This document shows, in pieces, positions 17,874 to 25,795 of a stretch of DNA of 64,000 bases (position 1 is its first letter; each line of letters opens with the position of its first letter). Source of the stretch: an uncultured Acidobacteriota bacterium (GTDB lineage Bacteria > Acidobacteriota > Thermoanaerobaculia > Multivoradales > DATKCC01); assembly GCA_963837945.1 (NCBI GenBank), contig CAWIQD010000009.1, positions 64,529-128,528 on the forward strand, in the 5' to 3' direction. A program made the position numbers and the translations under genes. The notes beneath the pieces were generated by a model. The model was not told where the DNA came from, did no database searches, and saw only the letters and a list, made by a program, of their open reading frames with translations.

Positions 17874-19912
17874 GCCCCGCGGCTTCCGATCGCGGGCCGG
17901 CGGCCGGGGGGGCCGGCGAGGCTCCGGACGAGACCGTCCGGCGGGTCGTGGTGGGCACGGCCGGGCACATCGACCACGGCAAGACTCGCTTGGTCCAGGC
18001 CCTGACCGGCATCGACTGCGACCGCTGGGCCGAGGAGAAGGAGCGCGGGATCACCATCGACCTCGGGTTCGCGCACCTCGAGCGCGAGCTCCCCGACGGC
18101 TCGACCCTCCAGATCGGCTTCATCGACGTCCCGGGCCACGAGCGCTTCCTGCGCAACGCGCTCGCCGGGCTGGGGGGCATCCGGGTGATGCTCCTGGTGG
18201 TGGCGGCCGACGAAGGCGTCAAGCCCCAGACCCGGGAGCACCTCGCGATCTGCTCGTTGCTCGGCATCCCGGCCGGCCTGGTCGCCCTCACCAAGGTCGA
18301 CCTGGTCGAGCCCGACCTGGTCGAGCTCGCCCGCATGGAGGTCGAGGAGCTCCTCGAGCCCACACCCTACGCCGGGGCCGAGATCCTGGCCGTGTCGAGC
18401 GTCACCGGCGAGGGGATCGAGCCGCTCGAGCGGGCGCTGGTCGAGCTCGCCGCCGCCCGGGCGCGCAGCCCCGCCGGCGATCCGGCCCTCGCCCTGCCCG
18501 CCCGCCTGCCGATCGACCGCGCCTTCCACCTCAAAGGGCTGGGCGTGGTGGTCACCGGCACGCTCACCAGCGGACGGATCGCGGTGGGCGACAGCCTGGA
18601 GATCCTGCCCGAGCCCGCCACCCTCGCCCGGGTGCGAAGCATCCAGGTCCACGGGCGGGCGAGGAGCGAGGCGTTGGCCGGCGAGCGTTCGGCGCTCCAG
18701 CTCGCCGGCGTGGCGCTCGAGGAGCTCGAGCGCGGCGAGGCAGCGGCGACGCCGGGGCGCTTCGAGGCCACCCGCCGGCTGCTGGCCGAGGTCCGGCTCC
18801 TCCCCGACGCGCCGGAGCCTCTGCGCGGCTTCACGCCCGTGCGCGTCCACCTGCTCTCGAGCGAGGTGGTGGGCAAGCTCCGCCCCCTGCCCCGGGGAGA
18901 CCGCCCGGGCGAGATCGTCCCGGGAGGCTCCGGCCTGGCGGAGGTCCGCCTGAGCGAGCCCCTGGTGGCGATCCGCGGCGACCGGCTGATCCTGCGCCGG
19001 CCGTCGCCCGAGACGACCCTGGGCGGCGGCCGGGTGCTCGATCCGCGGCCGGGCGCCCGGCGGCTGCGCGACCTGGCGGCGGCGGGCGAGGCGCTGCGCA
19101 TGGGTGAGGCCGACGACGGCGAAACGACCGCCGGCGCCCTCCTCCACTGGGCGCGGGAGGCCGGGGCCGCCGGGCTCGCCGCCGAGGAGGCCGCCCGCCG
19201 CCTGGGGGTGGAGCCGGCCGAGGTCGCCCGCCGCCTCGCCGCCCTGGCCGGCGAGCAGAAGCTCCTGGCGGTGCCGGAAGGCGCGGGGGGCGGGAGGACG
19301 CGCCGCTGGATCGCCCCGGCGGCCTACCGCGAGATCGCCGAGCGGGCGGCGAAGACCCTCGCCGCCTACTTCGAGCGCGACCGCCTGGCCCGTGGCGTGC
19401 CCAAGGCCGAGGCGGTGCGCCGGATCCTCCCCGGGCGGGCCGCCGAGCTCGCCGACGTGTACCTCGAGTGGCTGAGGGCCCAGAACGTGCTCGCGGTCGA
19501 CGGCGACCTGGTGACCCTGCCCGGGCGGCAGGCCGAGCTGACCGGCGAGGAATCGAGCCTCGCCCGGTCGGTCGTCGAGCGCTTCGCCGCCGCCGGCCTG
19601 ACCCCGGGCTCCCCCGAGGAGATCGGCCGGCAGATCGGAGCCAAGCCGCAGATCCTCGACGGCGTGGTGCGCTACCTGACCGAGCGGGGCCGGCTGGTCC
19701 GGCTGCCCGGCGGGCTCCTGGTCGCGGCCTCGGCGATCGAGAAACTCCGCGGCGACCTCGAGTCGACCGGCTGGGAGCGGTTCTCCGTGCCCCAGTTCAA
19801 GGACCACTTCGGGCTCAGCCGCAAGTGGGCGATCCCGCTCCTCGAGCACCTCGACTCGACCGGTGCCACCCGGCGCCTGGGCGACGAGCGGATGATCGTC
19901 CGCCGCCGCTGA
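17870..19912 (+). CDS. selB: selenocysteine-specific translation elongation factor
   Basis: GTAGHIDHGKT, EEKERGITIDLG, DVPGHERF, C-terminal winged helix GLSRKWAIPLLEHLD; ATGA overlap with the upstream gene. Confidence 0.96.
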   Translation: MSPAASDRGPAAGGAGEAPDETVRRVVVGTAGHIDHGKTRLVQALTGIDCDRWAEEKERGITIDLGFAHLERELPDGSTLQIGFIDVPGHERFLRNALAGLGGIRVMLLVVAADEGVKPQTREHLAICSLLGIPAGLVALTKVDLVEPDLVELARMEVEELLEPTPYAGAEILAVSSVTGEGIEPLERALVELAAARARSPAGDPALALPARLPIDRAFHLKGLGVVVTGTLTSGRIAVGDSLEILPEPATLARVRSIQVHGRARSEALAGERSALQLAGVALEELERGEAAATPGRFEATRRLLAEVRLLPDAPEPLRGFTPVRVHLLSSEVVGKLRPLPRGDRPGEIVPGGSGLAEVRLSEPLVAIRGDRLILRRPSPETTLGGGRVLDPRPGARRLRDLAAAGEALRMGEADDGETTAGALLHWAREAGAAGLAAEEAARRLGVEPAEVARRLAALAGEQKLLAVPEGAGGGRTRRWIAPAAYREIAERAAKTLAAYFERDRLARGVPKAEAVRRILPGRAAELADVYLEWLRAQNVLAVDGDLVTLPGRQAELTGEESSLARSVVERFAAAGLTPGSPEEIGRQIGAKPQILDGVVRYLTERGRLVRLPGGLLVAASAIEKLRGDLESTGWERFSVPQFKDHFGLSRKWAIPLLEHLDSTGATRRLGDERMIVRRR

Positions 19913-19919
19913 CCCGCGC

Positions 19920-20207
19920 CCCCCTTCCCCCCCACCCAGGCGCGGGAGGGGGCGTCCCCTTCCCCCGGGGTGGGAAGGGGATCGAGGGGTTGCGGGGGGA
20001 TCGTCGATCGCGTCCCTCCCCTGGGTGGGAAGGGATCGAGGGGGGGGGCATCCTCCCTTCCCCCCCGTGGGGTGGGAAGGGGATCGAGGGGATGCGGGGG
20101 GCATCCGATCGATCGCGTCCCCTTCCCCCCCGTGGGGTGGGAAGGGGATCGAGGGGATGCGGGGGGCATCCGATCGATCGTCGAGGGGATGCGGGGGGCA
20201 TCCGATC
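19920..20207. repeat. tandem array of C-run/G-run palindromic units of about 60 bp
   Basis: About 4-5 degenerate copies of TCCCCTTCCCCC..GGGGTGGGAAGGGGA TCGAGGGGATGCGGGGGGCATCCGATC; a partial copy lies near 25648. Confidence 0.85.
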
Positions 20208-20285
20208 AGGCATCGGGATTGCAGGACTCCGCGGTGTCGTACGAAGCGGACGGTCCTCCGGCCGCCCGCCAACTCGAACGGCAAT

Positions 20286-20364
20286 GAGGCTGCGGTAGGA
20301 CAGCTCCTCCCCCGGTACCCAGTCCCCCGCCGGGGCGCTGTCCCCGCAGCCTCCTCTTTGTTTT
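20286..20364 (+). ncRNA. candidate structured RNA or terminator-like long hairpin
   Basis: Three nested stems (GAGGCTGCGG/CCGCAGCCTC, GGACAGC/GCTGTCC, CCCCGG/CCGGGG), C-rich loops and a T-rich tail. Confidence 0.35.
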
Positions 20365-20545
20365 GGAGCTCGGGACGGGCGCCTTCCCTGCTGCGAGGCG
20401 CGGAGACGCGCCGTCTCGCGCCGTCCTCGCTCTTCGCTCCCTGCGACGTAGCCGCCGACTACGCCTCGGTCGCTCATCTCTGCGGTGGCACGATCCGACA
20501 CCCCTCCGGGCCTCTCGCGACGGGAAGGCGTCCGACCCGAGCTCC
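20365..20545. mobile_element. fold-back MITE-like element B (181 bp)
   Basis: Imperfect 24-bp TIR GGAGCTCGGGACGGGCGCCTTCCC / GGGAAGGCGTCCGACCCGAGCTCC; shared core at about 20437-20472. Confidence 0.6.
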
Positions 20546-20686
20546 GCGCAACCGTTCCGCTTCCTTCGACCTATGGACACCTGATCCGCGCAGGGTGCCG
20601 GGGAGGCCGAGATCGGGGTGACGGGGCAGGGTAGGATTGGGGTCGACTTCGGGTTCGACCGTGAAGAAACTGCACTGGAGGCGGGG

Positions 20687-21059
20687 GTGAAACGAGTCGC
20701 CGTGTTGGGTGCGTCGCCCGACCACAGGAAGTTCGGCAACAAGAGCGTACGGGCGCACGCTCGAGGCGGGGTGGGAGGTCTTCCCCGTCAATCCGAAGGC
20801 CGAGGAGACGGCGGGCCTCGCGGCCTACCGGTCGCTCGCCGAGGTCCCGGTGCCGGTCGAGCGCATCACCGTCTATCTGCCGCCGCCGGTGACCATGAAG
20901 CTGCTGCCGGAGATCGCCGCCGCCGGGGCGCAGGAGGTCTGGTTCAATCCGGGCGCCGCCGACGCCGCCGTGCTCGCGCGCGCCCGAGAGCTCGGCATCC
21001 CGGCGATCGACGGGTGCAGCATCGTCGACCTCGGCCTGTCCCCATCCATGTTTCCCTGA
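20687..21059 (+). CDS. CoA-binding protein (YccU-like), +1 frameshift near 20759
   Basis: VAVLGASPDHRKFGNKSVRAH continues in the next frame as LEAGWEVFPVNP..VWFNPGA..GCSI. Confidence 0.85.
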
Positions 21060-21071
21060 AAGGACGTCGCG

Positions 21072-21224
21072 ATGAGCAGAAACTCACTCGGAGTGAAGAT
21101 CCTGGCCGTCTACCTGATCCTCGTGGGCATCGTCCTGCTGCTCAGCCTGGCCATTCCGTACTGGTCGATCATCCAGGGCATCCTGGCGCTGGTGGCGGGC
21201 ATCCTGCTCCTCGTCGGCCGGTAG
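21072..21224 (+). CDS. small two-helix membrane protein (50 aa)
   Basis: MSRNSLGVKILAVYLILVGIVLLLSLAIPYWSIIQGILALVAGILLLVGR*; SD AAGGA; the stop overlaps the next GTG. Below the ORF-track cutoff. Confidence 0.75.
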   Translation: MSRNSLGVKILAVYLILVGIVLLLSLAIPYWSIIQGILALVAGILLLVGR

Positions 21225-21802
21225 TGTTCGACCTGTTCTCCCTGCTCGGCGACGCGGTCTGGCTGGCGCCGGTCCTGATCTTCGCGGCGCGGGTGAGCGA
21301 CGTCTCGCTGGGGACGTTCCGGATCATCCTGATCTCGCGCGGGATGAGCCGGTGGGCGGCGTTCACCGGCTTCTTCGAAAGCTTCATCTGGCTGGTCGCG
21401 CTCTCCCAGGTCTTCCAGCACCTCGATCACCCGCTCAACTACGTGGCCTACGCCGGCGGCTACGCCACCGGCACCGGGGTGGGCGTGGTGCTCGAGCGCC
21501 GGGTCGCCCTCGGGCTGGTCGCGGTCCGGATCATCACCCGCGAGGATGCCTCGGGGCTGACCGAGGCGCTCCGCACCGAGAGCTTCGGCGTGACCCGGGT
21601 TGCGGCGCGCGGGCTCCACGGCCGGGTGCGCCTGATCTTCACGATCGCCAAGCGCAAGAACCTGACCCGGCTGCTCGACATCATCCGGGCGAACAACCCG
21701 AAGGCGTTCGTGTCGGTGTCCGACGTCCGAGCCGCCGAGGAGGGCTACCTGCCCTCGTCGTCGCGCGGCAACTTGCTCTGGGGGTTGATGAAGAGGAAGT
21801 AA
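21224..21802 (+). CDS. DUF2179/DUF5698 (YebE-like) membrane protein
   Basis: IFAARVSDVSLGTFR..GFFESFIW..YAGGYATGT..FGVT..NPKAFVSV. Confidence 0.85.
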   Translation: MFDLFSLLGDAVWLAPVLIFAARVSDVSLGTFRIILISRGMSRWAAFTGFFESFIWLVALSQVFQHLDHPLNYVAYAGGYATGTGVGVVLERRVALGLVAVRIITREDASGLTEALRTESFGVTRVAARGLHGRVRLIFTIAKRKNLTRLLDIIRANNPKAFVSVSDVRAAEEGYLPSSSRGNLLWGLMKRK

Positions 21803-21922
21803 GGCCGGGGCCGGGCCGGGGTCGGACTCTTCGGGAGGGGTGGTTGGAGCGTGGCAGTCCTCGGGAGGCGGGAGCGGCGGTCGGAAGGCGGCGGGGATCG
21901 GGGGTCGGGGTCGGTGCCGGGG

Positions 21923-22162
21923 GGCCGAGACGGAGCTCGGCCCGGCAGCTGGGGTGCGAAACGTGGCCGAAGTGTGCCTCCGCAGGAGGGCTCGGTGCGG
22001 GTCATACCGGTCGCCCGGCCGAGGCAGAGCTCGGCCGCTTCATCCGGGATCGCCCTATCGCAACGCTACCCGCGTTGACCGGCAGGGCTCTCCGCCGCCT
22101 GAAGAGTTGTCCCTCCCGCCACGCTACCAACGGTTGAAGCGGCCGAGCTCTGCCTCGGCCGG
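21923..22162. repeat. REP-like cluster (three palindromes, one inverted)
   Basis: Cores at 21923, 22017 and 22141 (inverted), between convergent genes. Confidence 0.85.
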
Positions 22163-22440
22163 CCCGACGGTCCCCACGGCGACGAACGATTCGCTAGGAC
22201 GCATCGCCCACCCTTTCAACCGCCGACCCCGCCGATCCCCCCTTCTCCTCTTCAGGGCGAGCTGGCCAGTCCGACCCCGGAGGGCCGGGGGCTCCCGCCC
22301 GGCGACGTCATGGACCGCGCGCTCGAGGACTCCCCAGAGTCCGGGTGGGACAAGCGCGGGCCATGCCGAGGCGCGGCTCCTCCGCCCCGAAGTTCTAGCA
22401 AGCCGCGCCGTTCGCAAGGGCGGGAGCCCCCGGCCCGGCC

Positions 22441-25128
22441 CTACCCCTTCGCCTCGTACCAGCTCGCCCCCCACCCCACGTCCACCGCGAGCGGCACGTC
22501 CAGCTCGCACACCCCGCACATCTCCGCCTTCGCCAGCTCCGCCACCGCCTCGACCTCCCCCTCCGGCACCTCGAGCACCAGCTCGTCGTGCACCGTCAGC
22601 AGCAGCTTGGCCCCCGGGCGCTCCTCGCGCAGGCGCCGGTCGAGCCGGATCATCGCCAGCTTCATGATGTCGGCCGCCGTGCCCTGGATCGGCGCGTTGA
22701 TCGCCATGCGCTCGGCGTTTTCCCGCAGCATCCGGTTCTTGCTCGCGACGTCCGGCAGGTGGCGCACGCGGCCGTAGAGGGTCTCGACCCTGCCCTCGCT
22801 CCGCGCCTTGGCGAGCGTCTCCTCCCGGTAGCGCTCGACGCCGGCGTAGCGCGCGAGGTATGCCTTGATGAACGCCTCCGCCTCGGCGCGCGAGATCCCC
22901 AGGTTCTGGGCAAGGCCGTAGGCGCTCATGCCGTACATGATCCCGAAGTTGATGGTCTTGGCCGCCCGGCGCTGCTCGGGGTTGACCAGCGCGGGATCGA
23001 CGCCGAGCACCGCGGCGGCGGTCGTCCGGTGGATGTCCTCGCCCCGGCGGAACGACTCGATCAGCGCCGGCTCGCGTGCGATGTGGGCGAGGATCCGCAG
23101 CTCGACCTGGCTGTAGTCCGCCGCGAGCAGCACGTGGCCCGGCGCGGCGACGAACGCCCTGCGGATGCGCTGGCCGAGCTCCGTGCGCACCGGGATGTTC
23201 TGGAGGTTCGGGTTGGCCGAGGAGAGGCGGCCGGTCGCCGCCACCGCCTGGTTGAAGCGGGTGTGGAGGCGCCCGTCGGCGGCGACCAAGACGGGCAGCG
23301 CGTCGACGTAGGTCGACTTGAGCTTGGTCAGCTCGCGGTAGCGCAGGAGCAGCAGCGGCAGCTGGTAGCCGCGCCCCGCGAGCTCCTCGAGGATCTCGGC
23401 GCCGGTGGCGTAGCTCTTCGTCTTCCGGGTGCGCTTGATCACCGGGTAGCCGAGCTTCTCGAACAGGATGACGCCGAGCTGCTGCGGCGAAGCGACGTTG
23501 AACTCCTCCCCGGCCACGTCGTAGATCCCGCGCTCGAGCTCGCCGATCTCGGCCCCCAGCTCCTCGGACATGGCGGCCAGGTAGTCGCAGTCGAGCCGCA
23601 CCCCGCGCTCCTCCATCCCCAGGAGCACCGGCAGGAGCGGGGCCTCGATCTCGCGGTAGACGCGCGCGAGCGCCGCGCTCTCGACCGCTTCGAGCTCGGC
23701 GCGCGAGCTCTCGGCCAGCTGGGCACCCAGGTGGAGGCGCTCGCCGGCGAGCGCGGCGAGACGCGAGTCGCCGACCGGCGGCGGCCCCTGCTTGTCCCAG
23801 CCCGCGTCCTTCTCGGTCAGCGCCCGCCGGCCCAGGCGCTCGAGCGCCATCTCCTCGAAGCCGTGGCCGTGGACCGCCGGCCGGATCAGGTAGGAGACCA
23901 GCATGACGTCGAACAGCTCCGCCGCCACCTCGAGCTCGCCGATCTCGCCTCCATGGGCGGCGGCCGCCGCCGGCCGGAGCACCTCCTTCAGGTCGTGGCC
24001 GACGAGCTCGCGCTCCGGATCGGCGGCCCACCCGGTCAGGGTTTCGAGCGCCGCCGCCGCCATGCCGTCGCGCCGGAGGTCGGCGAGCCAGACCTTCGCG
24101 CCTCCGTCGCCCACCCCGTCGGCCGGCCCCACCGCGATGCCGAGGGCCTCGTCGCCGCCCAGCCGCGCCACGCCGATGCGCGGTCCCAGGGCTCCGGCCG
24201 TCGCCCTCCAGGCCGCGGGATCGACGATCTCGACCGCCGCCGGCATCTCCTCCTGCGCCGCCGCGTCCCGGTCGAGCTCCTCGACCAGGCTGAAGAACTC
24301 GAGGTCGGCGAACAGCTGCCGCAGGGCCTCGGCGTCCGGCGGGTCGTGGTGCAGGTCCTCGGGGTCGAAGGCGACGTCGAGGTCGGTGTGGATGGTCACC
24401 AGCTCCTGCGAGAGGAGCGCCTGGTCGCGGTTCGTCTCGAGCGACTCCCGGTAGCTCTTGCGGGAGATCTCGGAGGCGTGATCGAGGAGGGCGGCGAGCG
24501 AGCCGTGCTCCCGGATCAGCGCCTTCGCGCCCTTCTCCCCGATGCCGGGCACTCCCGGCACGTTGTCCGAGGCGTCGCCCATCAGCGCCAGCACGTCGAC
24601 CACCTTCTCCGGCGGCACGCCGAAGTCCTCCTCGACGAGCGCCGCGTCATAGAGCTTGTTGCGGCCGGTGTGCATCAGGGAGACGTTGGGGCCGACGAGC
24701 TGCATCAGGTCCTTGTCCGCCGAGACCAGCACCACCTGGTAGCCCGCCGCCGACGCCTTCTTCGCCAGCGTGCCGAGCACGTCGTCGGCCTCGTAGCGCT
24801 CCATCTCCAGGATCGGGATGCGGTAGGCCTCGAGCGCCTTGCGGATCCAGGGGATCTGCGGGCGCAGCTCCTCCGGCATGGGGGCGCGGTGGGCCTTGTA
24901 GTCCTGGTAGCGCTCGGTGCGCACGGTCTGCGAGGAGACGTCGAGCGCCACGCCCACGTGCTCGGGCCGCTCCTCACGCAGGAGCTTGCGGAGCATCTGG
25001 ATGAAGCCGTAGACGGCGTTGGTCGGCTCGCCGCGCGAGTTGGAGAGGTTGCGGATCGCGTAGAAGGCGCGGAAGATGTTCGAGTAGCCGTCGATCAGGA
25101 ACAGGCGTGGAGCGGTCGGATCGGCCAT
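22441..25128 (-). CDS. polA: DNA polymerase I
   Basis: 5'-3' exonuclease LIDG..YEADD..GDASDNVPGV; polymerase motifs TGRLSS.NPNLQNIP, DYSQVELR, KTINFGIMYG, TVHDEL. Confidence 0.97.
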   Translation of the reverse strand: MADPTAPRLFLIDGYSNIFRAFYAIRNLSNSRGEPTNAVYGFIQMLRKLLREERPEHVGVALDVSSQTVRTERYQDYKAHRAPMPEELRPQIPWIRKALEAYRIPILEMERYEADDVLGTLAKKASAAGYQVVLVSADKDLMQLVGPNVSLMHTGRNKLYDAALVEEDFGVPPEKVVDVLALMGDASDNVPGVPGIGEKGAKALIREHGSLAALLDHASEISRKSYRESLETNRDQALLSQELVTIHTDLDVAFDPEDLHHDPPDAEALRQLFADLEFFSLVEELDRDAAAQEEMPAAVEIVDPAAWRATAGALGPRIGVARLGGDEALGIAVGPADGVGDGGAKVWLADLRRDGMAAAALETLTGWAADPERELVGHDLKEVLRPAAAAAHGGEIGELEVAAELFDVMLVSYLIRPAVHGHGFEEMALERLGRRALTEKDAGWDKQGPPPVGDSRLAALAGERLHLGAQLAESSRAELEAVESAALARVYREIEAPLLPVLLGMEERGVRLDCDYLAAMSEELGAEIGELERGIYDVAGEEFNVASPQQLGVILFEKLGYPVIKRTRKTKSYATGAEILEELAGRGYQLPLLLLRYRELTKLKSTYVDALPVLVAADGRLHTRFNQAVAATGRLSSANPNLQNIPVRTELGQRIRRAFVAAPGHVLLAADYSQVELRILAHIAREPALIESFRRGEDIHRTTAAAVLGVDPALVNPEQRRAAKTINFGIMYGMSAYGLAQNLGISRAEAEAFIKAYLARYAGVERYREETLAKARSEGRVETLYGRVRHLPDVASKNRMLRENAERMAINAPIQGTAADIMKLAMIRLDRRLREERPGAKLLLTVHDELVLEVPEGEVEAVAELAKAEMCGVCELDVPLAVDVGWGASWYEAKG

Positions 25129-25163
25129 CCGCCGGATTGTATCTTGCGGGTATGGGCAGCCTC

Positions 25164-25179
25164 CGGCACGGATCTTGGA
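25164..25179 (+). promoter_or_regulatory. shared sigma54-like promoter motif, copy 1
   Basis: CGGCACGGATCTTGGA, near-identical to the motifs at 37917 and 40702. Confidence 0.45.
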
Positions 25180-25243
25180 TCGATCCTTGCCCCGGGGGAC
25201 GCTCCACTCCGCAGTCCAACTTCGTCTCCGAGGAGGGAACCGA

Positions 25244-25492
25244 ATGGGACTCGTCTACTGGATCCTCATGGGCCTGATCGCCGGGGCCATCGCCAAGCTC
25301 TTGACGCCGGGAAGGGACCCGGGCGGCTGCATCATCACCATCCTGATCGGCGTCGCCGGCGCGCTGATCGGCGGCTTCCTGGCCACCCTGCTGGGGTTCG
25401 GCGGGCTGACCGGGTTCGACCTGCGCAGCCTGGTGATCGCCACCCTGGGCGCGATCATCCTGCTGGTGGTGTTCCGGGCGCTGCGCCGCTGA
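25244..25492 (+). CDS. GlsB/YeaQ/YmgE family stress-response membrane protein
   Basis: WILMGLIAGAIAKLLTPGRDPGGCIITILIGVAGALIGG; SD GAGGAG. Confidence 0.92.
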   Translation: MGLVYWILMGLIAGAIAKLLTPGRDPGGCIITILIGVAGALIGGFLATLLGFGGLTGFDLRSLVIATLGAIILLVVFRALRR

Positions 25493-25582
25493 GCCAAAAC
25501 CCCGAGCAACGAGCCGAGCTCTTCCCGCGCGCGGCAGGGATCGGCTCTCGACTCCGAAGAGTCGCTCGATGCCCACCTGGGA

Positions 25583-25736
25583 GATCGCCCGGCCGAGACA
25601 GAGCTCGGCCGCTTCATGGGTTGGGTGCCGAGGCCGACTGGAGGCGGCGAGGGGATGCGGGGGCATCCGGCCCACAGGCACCGTCGGGTGCCCCGCGGCC
25701 CGTTCGCCCGGCCGAGACAGAGCTCGGCCGCTTCAT
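25583..25736. repeat. REP-like cluster (two direct copies)
   Basis: GGCCGAGACAGAGCTCGGCCGCTTCAT at 25591 and 25710. Confidence 0.85.
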
Positions 25737-25795
25737 GGGTTCGGAGTGTTTCCGCAGCCAGGGGCGTCCGGCCGACGCCCCGGTAGAATGCCGGC

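Noticed and set aside
19913-20690. tRNA-Sec (selC) expected near selB
   Set aside because: No cloverleaf with a TCA anticodon and T-arm was found on either strand.
23700-24250. Degenerate 3'-5' exonuclease domain in PolA
   Set aside because: Loss of proofreading residues in Pol I is common in many phyla.
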